Below, one piece after another: positions 55,127 through 63,972 of a DNA stretch of 64,000 bases. The stretch is from Clostridia bacterium (lineage in GTDB: Bacteria > Bacillota > Clostridia > Christensenellales > UBA1242). Position numbers and translations under genes: made by a program. The notes below the pieces were generated by a model that worked only from the letters and a program-made list of their open reading frames with translations, had not been told where the DNA came from and did not search any database. The DNA lies in NCBI GenBank assembly GCA_017619495.1, contig JAFZSF010000013.1:10228-74227 (forward strand). Reading direction: 5' to 3'. Position 1 is the stretch's first letter; each line of letters begins with the position of its first letter.

Positions 55127-56179
55127 ATGAAAAAAGCGAAGACAGCAGAACAAAAAAACAACATTAAGGGTACCGTGTTGGTCACGGGTGGGGCGGGTTA
55201 CATTGGCAGTCACACTTGTGTGGAATTGTTGGAACAAGGTTACGACATCGTAGTAGTGGATAACTTTGTGAACAGTTCACCCGCTAGCTTGGAACGCGTA
55301 ACCAAAATTACTGGTAAGACTTTCCCGTGGTACCATGCCGATTTGCGTAACCGTGCCGAATTAGCTAAAATTTTTGAAAAACATCACATTGATTGGGTGA
55401 TTCACTTTGCGGCGTTAAAAGCCGTGGGCGAAAGTGTAGCACAACCGTTGCGTTATTACGAAAACAACTTGAACGCGACTTTGTCGTTATTAATGGTTAT
55501 GCAGGCGTATGGTGTAAAAAAGATTGTCTTTTCGTCCAGCGCGACCGTCTATGGCAATCCGGAACGCTTACCGTTAACCGAAGATTGTGCTTTGCGTACG
55601 ACTAATCCTTATGGCGCCACTAAGTTAATGATTGAAAATATTTTGCGTGACATTTGTGCTGCGGATAAAAATTGGACGGCGGTAATTTTGCGTTACTTTA
55701 ATCCGGTAGGCGCACACCCGTCGGGTTTGATTGGCGAAAACCCGCAAGGCATTCCGAACAATTTGACCCCATATATCGCCCAAGTTTTAACTGGCAAGTT
55801 ACCGTTCTTGCAAGTCTTTGGTGATGATTATGACACTCCCGATGGTACGGGCGTGCGTGATTATATTCATGTCTGTGATTTAGCCAAAGGACATTTACAG
55901 GCCATTGCGAAAATTACCAAGGCGGGGGTTTATACCTATAACTTAGGTACGGGGCGCGGTTACAGCGTCTTGGAAGTTTTACATGCTTTTGAGCGTGCAG
56001 CTGGTCGCACGATTCCATATCAAATTAAATCGCGCCGTGCGGGCGATATTGCAACTTGTTATGCTGATCCCAAACATGCGGAACAAGATTTGGCTTGGCA
56101 TGCGCAGTACGACCTTGATGCGATGGCACGCGATTTATGGCGTTTTTATAGCCAAAATCCACACGGTTACGCCGAATAA
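55127..56179 (+). CDS. galE: UDP-glucose 4-epimerase
   Basis: Start set to ATG 55127. VTGGAGYIGSH, SSSATVYG, PYGATKLM (YxxxK). Confidence 0.9.
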   Translation: MKKAKTAEQKNNIKGTVLVTGGAGYIGSHTCVELLEQGYDIVVVDNFVNSSPASLERVTKITGKTFPWYHADLRNRAELAKIFEKHHIDWVIHFAALKAVGESVAQPLRYYENNLNATLSLLMVMQAYGVKKIVFSSSATVYGNPERLPLTEDCALRTTNPYGATKLMIENILRDICAADKNWTAVILRYFNPVGAHPSGLIGENPQGIPNNLTPYIAQVLTGKLPFLQVFGDDYDTPDGTGVRDYIHVCDLAKGHLQAIAKITKAGVYTYNLGTGRGYSVLEVLHAFERAAGRTIPYQIKSRRAGDIATCYADPKHAEQDLAWHAQYDLDAMARDLWRFYSQNPHGYAE

Positions 56180-56203
56180 TCGGAAATTTTTTTTTCGTCT
56201 TCG

Positions 56204-56233
56204 TTGACAAAAAACGCGCAAAAAGTCTATACT
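56204..56233 (+). promoter_or_regulatory. promoter of the LtaS-like gene, leaderless configuration
   Basis: TTGACA, 18-nt spacer, TATACT, then 7 nt to ATG 56241. Confidence 0.6.
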
Positions 56234-56240
56234 AAATTTG

Positions 56241-58379
56241 ATGAAAATGGACTTACATGACACGACCCGTGTGCCTTTTTACCGTCGTGTCAGCTATCTA
56301 TTTATTCCGGCGTTATTCGTTATCGCTTCGGTTTTATTAGAAGTGATGATGTTTGCCATTATGGAAATGGCATTCCCCAAGGCCTATATTTTCAGTTTGT
56401 CCATTTTATTAATCATTGCGTCATTGGTGGCTTTAATCCGTAAAAAGTGGATTCAAGCCGTGATTTGTTCTTTATTGTTTGCATGGCAGTTGACTACTTC
56501 AATTTCTAATATTATCGCCAATGACGCCTGTATGGAAATTTTCTCACTGGAAACTTTGAAGACTTTAATTATGGCTTTTGGTAACGCGGGCGCCGTAGAC
56601 ATTGATTATTTATTCTTAGTGCCCATTATTGCGTTAATCGTGGTGTATGTCGTGGGCGTAATTTTAATTATGATGTTTTGCCGTGCCCCAAAAATTAAAC
56701 GCTCTCATTTTTGGCAAGCCGTGTTTTGTGGTGTTTTGGCATTCGTTAGTTTTTTTAGTTATACCGTCGCCTATTCGGGCTTGCCCAAATATCAACGGGG
56801 CAGCGATTACTATGTTGCCAATTTAAGTAACGAAAAATTTTTGTACGATACTTTCAGTAACCGTGTTGCCAGTCTACGCACTTTCGGCAGTTACAGTTAC
56901 TACTTGGATAATTTCTTAAAACTGTTGGGCGTGAAAGTACCCATGACGGATACGCTGGGGGTGCAAGTAGACCCAGAGTTTAATCCTAACACTTTTGCTT
57001 TGCCGGCGGAAGAAACCTTGGGCGAAGGTTACAACCTAATTACCGTTTTAATGGAGACTTTTGAACGCGCGGCGATTAATCCGGTTACCATGCCGAACCT
57101 TTACCGTTTTATGCAAGAAAGTTGCGTTGAAGTTGACGGCTATTATAGTATTGAACGCACTTGCTTTACCGACCATATTATCCAAACTGGTATGCACGAA
57201 GCCGGTAAAGAACTATGGAACAACTACGGCAATGTTACCATTCCCCATTCACTGGGTAATATTTTCCAACGCAGTGGTTATCAAACCAAAGCCTTCCATA
57301 ATTACGATGGACGCAGTTATAATCGTGAAAAAATCTTTACCACGCGTTTGGGCTACGATAGTTTTACCGATTTCAATGATTACGATAATCCACATTACAC
57401 CGCGCACTGTGGATTGAATTCAGACCATGAACTATTTGCCGCCAATATGGACGCAATCGCTCCCGCGAATCAAAATTTTTATAGTTATTTAATTAGTGTT
57501 TCAACCCATGCTTTGAACGCCAGTTGGTTTAACTTGGGCGATTATTATCCAGAAATTTTTGCCTATATGGAACAAGCGGAAAACTGGGAAACCTTGAAAC
57601 AAATTTATCCAGTTTTGGCGCACGGCACACCACATGAGATTTTGACCGCTAAAAATTATTTGGCGGGTACTTATAACTTTGATTTAGGCTTTGGCGAATT
57701 GTTGGAACACTTAAAAAATACCACGGGTAAAGATGGCCGTAAGTTGATTGAAACGACCGCCATTGTCATGTTTGGTGACCATTATTACTATGTTAATCCG
57801 TTTGCCTTGGAAGCCGAAAACAGTAGTCCCCGCGACTTAACCGGTAACCGTTCGCCATTAATCGTGTATAACCCACAGCAAAAAATTAAGGATACAACAC
57901 TTACCCAAAGTGCTAACGCTTTACGACCAGCAGATGAACGCGTCCACGGTGGTCAAACAATCCAGCGTTTCACGGCCACCATGGATATTTACCCAACCAT
58001 TTGCAGTCTGTTTGGCATTCAAACCGACCAACAGTTGACTTATGGTCACAGCGTTTTCAGTTCCGAAAAGTCCATCGGTGTTGGTTATTTGGGCGGTTAT
58101 ACTTGGGGGGCTTTGGACGAAAAAGACGGGGTTACCATTAAACGATATACTTATCAGGGGCAAACTTACGAAGACACCAAAGTCAACTGGCAGTTGTGGC
58201 GTACTTTGGATTTTGTCGACTTTAATGGTGTGCAATTAACGGCAGAACAAATCGCCGACATTACACCACTGGTCAACCGCACTTATGCCGCAGTGTTCTT
58301 AGATACGATGTTATACGACCAAGATGGTTTCAAAGATTTGGTAAAATCCAAGTCGTATCATTTGCGTAGTATTGCTTAA
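56241..58379 (+). CDS. LTA-synthase-like sulfatase-family membrane protein (N-terminal TM domain plus extracytoplasmic AP-superfamily domain)
   Basis: About 712 aa. 5-6 N-terminal TM helices. NLITVLMETFER, SVSTH and MFGDHYY patterns are typical of LtaS/phosphoglycerol-transferase-type enzymes. Confidence 0.65.
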   Translation: MKMDLHDTTRVPFYRRVSYLFIPALFVIASVLLEVMMFAIMEMAFPKAYIFSLSILLIIASLVALIRKKWIQAVICSLLFAWQLTTSISNIIANDACMEIFSLETLKTLIMAFGNAGAVDIDYLFLVPIIALIVVYVVGVILIMMFCRAPKIKRSHFWQAVFCGVLAFVSFFSYTVAYSGLPKYQRGSDYYVANLSNEKFLYDTFSNRVASLRTFGSYSYYLDNFLKLLGVKVPMTDTLGVQVDPEFNPNTFALPAEETLGEGYNLITVLMETFERAAINPVTMPNLYRFMQESCVEVDGYYSIERTCFTDHIIQTGMHEAGKELWNNYGNVTIPHSLGNIFQRSGYQTKAFHNYDGRSYNREKIFTTRLGYDSFTDFNDYDNPHYTAHCGLNSDHELFAANMDAIAPANQNFYSYLISVSTHALNASWFNLGDYYPEIFAYMEQAENWETLKQIYPVLAHGTPHEILTAKNYLAGTYNFDLGFGELLEHLKNTTGKDGRKLIETTAIVMFGDHYYYVNPFALEAENSSPRDLTGNRSPLIVYNPQQKIKDTTLTQSANALRPADERVHGGQTIQRFTATMDIYPTICSLFGIQTDQQLTYGHSVFSSEKSIGVGYLGGYTWGALDEKDGVTIKRYTYQGQTYEDTKVNWQLWRTLDFVDFNGVQLTAEQIADITPLVNRTYAAVFLDTMLYDQDGFKDLVKSKSYHLRSIA

Positions 58380-60212
58380 TTATAAATCCAAAATTACTTT
58401 GTATTCTACTAGCCACATAGCAATTTGGTAAATAAAAGCCAAATATTGTGGGCGTTGCATCAATTGCCCAAACCACGGACGCGTTTGTGCAGGGTCAGTA
58501 GTATTCAGTACTTGGGCCACATAAGCGCGTTCAACAATCTGCCAAACGGGGTGCTCGGTCTGCGCCACCAAAGCGCGCACCTTGTCTTCAATTAGTGCGG
58601 TATAGACGGGGTCGACGGTTTTCGGGTAGGGGCATTTTTTGCGGTTAACAATTTCGTCCGGTAAAAGGTCAGCCACCGCTGCGCGTAAAATACCTTTTTC
58701 GTGACCGCCGTAGTTTTTCATTTCCCACGGAATGTTGTAAACATATTGTACTAAGTCGATATCGGTAAACGGCACGCGTACTTCTAAGCCACAGCGCATT
58801 GCCATGCGGTCGGCGCGTTCCAAAAGGTTTAAGCCAAACCAACACATCGTTAAGTAGCTATAAATTTTCATCTGACGGTCGGCGGGACTATCAGTTGGGG
58901 CTAATGGTACTGCAGCGACAGCGGCGGTGTAAGTACGGTTGACGAAAGCACGCAGATTTAATTTGGCGCGTAAAGGTTGAGCCACTGTTTGTTCGCGCAT
59001 GGTTAGATCAATTGCCCACGGGAAGGTGGTGGCGTGCGCGGTATCGGCACGGTAAAACCACGGATAACCACAGAAGATTTCGTCGGCAAATTCTCCACTG
59101 AAACAAACGGTAATGGCAGGTTTAATCGCGCGGCAAAATAGCAACAGTGAACTGTCAATGTCCGCCATGGCGGGATAATCCCGTGCAATTAACGCTTCCC
59201 GTAGTGTGGCGCACAAGTCGGCGGAACTTAAAACTTGGTAGCTATGTTGCGTATGGTATTGCTTGCTGACAATGTCGATATAGTAATTGTCGCGACTGGG
59301 TGAAAAGTCGGTCGGTTGAAAATGGTCAGCGTTACCTACATAATCAACCGAAAAGGTTTTGAAACTTTGACCAGTGCGCGCTGCTAACGCTGTAACCGCA
59401 CTGGAATCCAAACCCCCACTTAACATAAATCCAATCGGTTTATCGCTGACTAATTGGTTTTGTACAACGCGGTTAAGCATTGTCTTGATTGTCTTTATCG
59501 TTGCTGCTGCGTCCTGAGTGTGTGGTTGGCTTTTGAGTTTGAAGTAAGTCTTGGTGGTTAAAATGCCGTCTTGCCACCACGCGTACTCGCCGGGTTTGAT
59601 TTCTTTAATGTCCGCGTAAACCGTTTTTCCCGGCGTGCGCGCCGGCACAATGCCAAACAGTTCCCGTAAGCCGTCCATGGTTACACGGGGTTGAATCGAC
59701 GGGTGTTGGAAAAGGGCTTTCATTTCGGACGCAAACGCCAACGCTCCATTTTTAAGACTGTAAAATAAGGGTTTAACGCCTAACGGGTCACGCGCCAAAA
59801 ATAAACGGTTGGTTGCCTTTTCGTAAATCGCCAAAGCAAAAATTCCGTTCAAGCGTTGTAACGCGCGTGGACCTTCCCACGCAAACATTTTCAAAACTAA
59901 TTCGGTATCACAGTTGGTACGCAAACGCACGCGATAGCGTTTTAGTCGTTCCCGTAAGGCGGCCGCATTGTACAACTCACCGTTATAAACAATGGTGTAG
60001 GTCTTGCCTTGATGGGTGTAGCTCATGGGCTGGTGACCTTTGGCAAGATCGATAATACTTAATCGCTGTTGTCCTAAGTACGCCTTACCGTGAAAGTATG
60101 TTCCGCTATCGTCCGCACCGCGGTGGGCAAGACTTTGGTTCATGTTATGTAAAATGCTTAACGCTTGCGCTTTGGGGTAGTTAAAATTAATGAATCCATT
60201 GATTCCGCACAT
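58380..60212 (-). CDS. asnB: asparagine synthase (glutamine-hydrolysing)
   Basis: 610 aa. MCGI N-terminal nucleophile. LSGGLDSSAV PP-loop. Confidence 0.9.
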   Translation of the reverse strand: MCGINGFINFNYPKAQALSILHNMNQSLAHRGADDSGTYFHGKAYLGQQRLSIIDLAKGHQPMSYTHQGKTYTIVYNGELYNAAALRERLKRYRVRLRTNCDTELVLKMFAWEGPRALQRLNGIFALAIYEKATNRLFLARDPLGVKPLFYSLKNGALAFASEMKALFQHPSIQPRVTMDGLRELFGIVPARTPGKTVYADIKEIKPGEYAWWQDGILTTKTYFKLKSQPHTQDAAATIKTIKTMLNRVVQNQLVSDKPIGFMLSGGLDSSAVTALAARTGQSFKTFSVDYVGNADHFQPTDFSPSRDNYYIDIVSKQYHTQHSYQVLSSADLCATLREALIARDYPAMADIDSSLLLFCRAIKPAITVCFSGEFADEIFCGYPWFYRADTAHATTFPWAIDLTMREQTVAQPLRAKLNLRAFVNRTYTAAVAAVPLAPTDSPADRQMKIYSYLTMCWFGLNLLERADRMAMRCGLEVRVPFTDIDLVQYVYNIPWEMKNYGGHEKGILRAAVADLLPDEIVNRKKCPYPKTVDPVYTALIEDKVRALVAQTEHPVWQIVERAYVAQVLNTTDPAQTRPWFGQLMQRPQYLAFIYQIAMWLVEYKVILDL

Positions 60213-60217
60213 ACGCC

Positions 60218-60223
60218 ATTTTA
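60218..60223 (-). promoter_or_regulatory. -10 box of asnB, leaderless configuration
   Basis: Minus strand TAAAAT, then 5 nt to ATG 60212. Confidence 0.4.
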
Positions 60224-60250
60224 TGCGCGCGCCCCCAACTTTGTTAGTGT

Positions 60251-60279
60251 TTGACCATGCGTCCTCGGTTTGTTATAAT
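60251..60279 (+). promoter_or_regulatory. promoter of the PHP gene, near-leaderless
   Basis: TTGACC, 17-nt spacer, TGtTATAAT, then 8 nt to ATG 60288. Confidence 0.6.
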
Positions 60280-60287
60280 GCGGTATC

Positions 60288-61106
60288 ATGAAGGTTTATG
60301 GCGATTATCACACGCACACGCTGGATAGTGACGGTATTAATACAATTGATGAAAATATTGCGGCGGCGAAAAAGCGCGGGTTATCAGAAATTGGCATTAC
60401 CGACCATGCACATTATCGTCCGCGTAATAAAAAGAAGCGTTTGGAAAGCGCCTTACTGGCCAAAGCGCAAGTTTTGCGTTCGGGTAAATTGCATGAAATT
60501 AAATCTTTTTACGGTACCGAATGTAATGTTGTTGGTATGGACGGCGATATTGATATTGCTAACGACGAACGCCGTTTGTATGATTATTTAATTTGTGGCA
60601 TTCATATGTCGGTGCAACCCAAAAAGTTTTCTCAGTTATTTAGTTACTATATCCCCAACATGTTTTGGTTCGTGATGCGCCGTATGGGGATTAATTGGAC
60701 ACCCAAAAGTTTGGTACGCAAAAATACCCAAGCCGTGGTGCGTGCCATCGAAAAAAATAACATTGATATTTTATCGCACCCCAGCCGTTATTTCCGTGTC
60801 AATGTTTTGGAAGTCGCGAAAGCCTGTATTGCGCGCGGTACGGCGATGGAGTTAAACAACAAAAAAATCAGTTTCCGTCCGGTCGATTTTGAGCGCATGG
60901 CGGCGATGGGGGTTAAATTTGTCATCAGCAGTGACGCTCATAAAGCCGAAAATGTGGGACGCATGGACCGCGTAGGTGACTTTTTGAAATTGTGCGATTA
61001 CAACCCTGAATGTATATTGAATTTGAATCAACCTTTTGTGCGACCCAAGGGTTTATTGTTAGACCAAATTGTTAAGGCGGAAAATGGCCAATCCCAATCT
61101 AACTAA
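60288..61106 (+). CDS. PHP-domain metal-dependent phosphoesterase (histidinol-phosphatase-like)
   Basis: 272 aa. DYHTHTLDSDG, ITDHA, SHPS, SSDAH. Confidence 0.75.
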   Translation: MKVYGDYHTHTLDSDGINTIDENIAAAKKRGLSEIGITDHAHYRPRNKKKRLESALLAKAQVLRSGKLHEIKSFYGTECNVVGMDGDIDIANDERRLYDYLICGIHMSVQPKKFSQLFSYYIPNMFWFVMRRMGINWTPKSLVRKNTQAVVRAIEKNNIDILSHPSRYFRVNVLEVAKACIARGTAMELNNKKISFRPVDFERMAAMGVKFVISSDAHKAENVGRMDRVGDFLKLCDYNPECILNLNQPFVRPKGLLLDQIVKAENGQSQSN

Positions 61107-61401
61107 GTGTGACAAAATTATCATGGGCATTATTCGCAACAACGCGAATCGCGCTGCCAATTGTGACGCGGGTAATATCGCGAAACAGGTCAAAGCCGCC
61201 AGTTATCAAATTGCTTTGATTAATGAAATGAAAGCCGATGGGCGTTGGGGAAAACTGAGTCCTAAACTGCAAGAAACCGCCACCGCGCGTGTGGAAAACC
61301 CTGACGCTACCTACGAAGAATTAGCGCGCATGTTAAAGATTACCAAAAGCGGTATCGTTAACCGTTTGCGTAAAATTATTCAGTTACATAATGCTCTTTG
61401 A
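61084..61401 (+). CDS. WhiA C-terminal-domain-only protein (HTH)
   Basis: 105 aa from ATG 61084. IRNNANRAANCDAGNIAKQVKAASYQI ... ARVENPDATYEELARML.ITKSGIVNRLRKI aligns to the C-terminal third of WhiA. No LAGLIDADG-like domains. Confidence 0.65.
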   Translation: MANPNLTKCDKIIMGIIRNNANRAANCDAGNIAKQVKAASYQIALINEMKADGRWGKLSPKLQETATARVENPDATYEELARMLKITKSGIVNRLRKIIQLHNAL

Positions 61402-62407
61402 TTGCTTGACGGGCACGGGAAATTCCCAAAGCACGGGCGGGTAGTTCATCGGTAATAACCGAACCCGCCGCAATGTAAGCATGGTCACCAATTTGCACTG
61501 GTGCAATTAAACATGCGTTACTGCCGATAAAAGTATTGTCGCCCACTAAGCAGTTACTTTTGGTTTTGCCGTTGTAGTTACAGAAAATCACACCGCAACC
61601 AATATTGCAGTTTTGACCCAAAGTACTGTCGCCGACATAGGTCATGTGGGCTACTTTGGTGCCGTCGCCAATGCGTGAGCGTTTAATTTCGACATAGTTA
61701 CCGACGCGACAGTTGTTACCAATACTGGAATTCGGACGCAGATGGGCATAAGGCCCAATAATGGAATTTTGACCAATCACGGCGTCAGTAATGTGGCAAC
61801 CGTCCAAAATTGTGGTACCACTGTGGATTGTGGTCTTGCCCATTAAATGGGTGTTCGGTTCAATGGTAACATTGGGGTCAATGACCACGGTAGCGTCAAT
61901 GTAAGTATGGCTAGGGTCGATGATGTTAACGCCGTTTTTCAAATGTTGCTCATTAATGCGTGCCTGCATCATGCCGCGAATTTTAGCCATTTGGGCGTGG
62001 TTAAAGGCTACCATGTAATTGCCTTGTTCGGCGGCGTGAAATTCGGTTACAGGGAAGGTTTCACTTTGGGCGACCAATTCAGTGTTAAAGACCCAGCCGC
62101 GTGGTAATTTAACCGCGGGTACATTTTTATGAAAACAGTAATCGACCGCGTCCGTAATGTCCTGGGTGGTCAATAATGGCATGTCGTCATAAGTGATGAC
62201 GGTAAAAGTCGCGCTAGTAAGGTTGTTCTTGAAAATTGTGATAATGTCATCTTCGGGCGACACAATCACTGATTTACTGCGGAAAGGTGCCGTGGCCGCA
62301 TTAACCCATTGTTGCATGGTGCGTCCGCAGATTGACTGCGACAACAGAGTAGTGTTTTGGTATTGCTCTAACGATAGTACCAAGACGAAAATGTTGTCAT
62401 TTTGCAT
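61376..62407 (-). CDS. GlmU-like protein: intact left-handed beta-helix acetyltransferase domain, short degenerate N-terminal domain
   Basis: Start at ATG 62407 with GGAGGAA upstream. C-terminal part aligns to GlmU (GNYVEIK, AHMTYVGD, NYNGKTK, RARQ). N-terminal domain lacks the LAAGxGTRM signature. Confidence 0.7.
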   Translation of the reverse strand: MQNDNIFVLVLSLEQYQNTTLLSQSICGRTMQQWVNAATAPFRSKSVIVSPEDDIITIFKNNLTSATFTVITYDDMPLLTTQDITDAVDYCFHKNVPAVKLPRGWVFNTELVAQSETFPVTEFHAAEQGNYMVAFNHAQMAKIRGMMQARINEQHLKNGVNIIDPSHTYIDATVVIDPNVTIEPNTHLMGKTTIHSGTTILDGCHITDAVIGQNSIIGPYAHLRPNSSIGNNCRVGNYVEIKRSRIGDGTKVAHMTYVGDSTLGQNCNIGCGVIFCNYNGKTKSNCLVGDNTFIGSNACLIAPVQIGDHAYIAAGSVITDELPARALGISRARQAIKEHYVTE

Positions 62408-62849
62408 TGAGTTCCTCCACATGGACAGTAACGGCGCCCGTTAACTGATGATTGTATTTAACAGTTACATTATATGTACCGGTAGTTTTGATTGGTTCCG
62501 TAATGGTAATTAAGCGTTTGTCAACAATCACACCTTGTTCGGCTAGTGCCGCGCTAATTTCCGCGCCAGTAATGCTGCCAAATAGTTTTTGGTTGGCGCC
62601 AACTTTACAGTGCAAAGTCACCGGCGTTTGTTTTAATTGTTCTATTTGGGCTTTAATTGCCGCAATTTCGGTCTGGTTTTTGAAAGCCGCGCTGTCGGCT
62701 TTGGCTTTAATTTCGCTTAATACCGCGTTGTCGACCGGCTTACCAATTTTGTTTTTGATGACAAAATTGCGGGCGTAACCGTCGTTCAAATTTACAATAT
62801 CGCCGGCTTTACCGTGCCCTTTCAAATCTTTTAATAAATAAATTTGCAT
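62397..62849 (-). CDS. rplI: 50S ribosomal protein L9
   Basis: 150 aa. MQIYLLKDLKGHGKAGDIVNLNDGYARNF. Confidence 0.9.
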   Translation of the reverse strand: MQIYLLKDLKGHGKAGDIVNLNDGYARNFVIKNKIGKPVDNAVLSEIKAKADSAAFKNQTEIAAIKAQIEQLKQTPVTLHCKVGANQKLFGSITGAEISAALAEQGVIVDKRLITITEPIKTTGTYNVTVKYNHQLTGAVTVHVEELNAK

Positions 62850-62854
62850 ACTTT

Positions 62855-62860
62855 ATTTTA
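62855..62860 (-). promoter_or_regulatory. -10 box of rplI, leaderless configuration
   Basis: Minus strand TAAAAT, then 5 nt to ATG 62849. Confidence 0.4.
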
Positions 62861-62883
62861 ATATAAGAAATAATAAATGTATA

Positions 62884-63180
62884 ATGAATATTCGTTGTCG
62901 TAAAATTAACTGTAAGTTTAATCATGCTGGTACTTGTCATGCGCATGAAGTACGGGTTAGCCATGGTGCCAATTGTAGCACTTATCAAAAGGACGCTACC
63001 AAAACTAATTTAGAGTTGGCTTCCGAACTGGCACCGACCAAGCCGAACAATGTGCCACTATCATGCACGGTTGGGGCATGCTTGTATAACCATGATTGTC
63101 GCTGTGCTGCTAACGGGATTGCGGTTATCGACAACGAAGATACTAACCAAGCCGATTGTGCCACCTTTATTGAAAGGTAG
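62884..63180 (+). CDS. DUF1540-type cysteine-rich protein (two repeats)
   Basis: 98 aa. CRKINCKFNHAGTCHA...CSTY and CTVGACLYNHDCRCAA...CATF. Confidence 0.65.
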   Translation: MNIRCRKINCKFNHAGTCHAHEVRVSHGANCSTYQKDATKTNLELASELAPTKPNNVPLSCTVGACLYNHDCRCAANGIAVIDNEDTNQADCATFIER

Positions 63181-63268
63181 TTAAAACCAATTCTACGAGA
63201 ATCATTTTGTGTATTGCATGTATAAAACCTAGTGCTCTCGTCAAAAATCATGGCAAGGGGGTAAAGAA

Positions 63269-63895
63269 ATGGACATTCGCACAGCTACACAAATGGAAAA
63301 AACGCGTCGCAATGCCATTGCCATTAGCACTTTGTTGGTGGTGTTAATGTTGGGCTTGACGACGACTTTCATCGCCATGAGTTTTGTTCGCCATGACCGT
63401 GGGGGAGTTACCGAAGACAGCAGTTTGGTTAACGGACCAACGATTCAGCCTGTCGTGGCAAGTTGGGTGATGCCAGTTAATCAATCTGGCGCAATCATCT
63501 TAAAGGCAGCAGACTTTGATATGCCACAGTACAACGGTACGACCAAATGGTACGAGTTTGATTTGGGGTATACCTTAGGCGCGGAAGCCGGGACTAAGGT
63601 GGTGGCTTGCTATGACGGCGAAATTACTTCAGTCATCGAAAGCGGTGACGCCAGCACGGGTAAATTAGTGCGCATTAAACATGCGGACGGCGTGGAAACA
63701 GTTTACAGCAGCTTGGATTCAATTACCGTGGTGGTGGGCGATAAAGTTAAAAGCGGCGACCAAATTGGTACGGTGGGTAATACAGCAAACTATGAAACCT
63801 TTGAAATGCCACATGTACGCTTAATGACTTATCAAGATGGTAAGCCGGTCAATCCCGAAAATTTTGTCGAATTCCCAGGCAGTGAAAATAAATAA
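63269..63895 (+). CDS. membrane-anchored degenerate LytM/M23-domain protein
   Basis: 208 aa. N-terminal TM helix. M23 fold alignment, but HxxxD is replaced by DLGYT and HxH by HVR. Confidence 0.65.
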   Translation: MDIRTATQMEKTRRNAIAISTLLVVLMLGLTTTFIAMSFVRHDRGGVTEDSSLVNGPTIQPVVASWVMPVNQSGAIILKAADFDMPQYNGTTKWYEFDLGYTLGAEAGTKVVACYDGEITSVIESGDASTGKLVRIKHADGVETVYSSLDSITVVVGDKVKSGDQIGTVGNTANYETFEMPHVRLMTYQDGKPVNPENFVEFPGSENK

Positions 63896-63949
63896 TTGTG
63901 GTGTGGAACTCATAAAAATGGTTATGACAAGTTAATGGTAAGTTTCTGT

Positions 63950-63972
63950 AAAGGGGTAGACAAACCCCTTTT
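63950..63972 (+). terminator. terminator after the LytM-like gene
   Basis: AAGGGG/CCCCTT hairpin plus a T-run. Confidence 0.65.
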
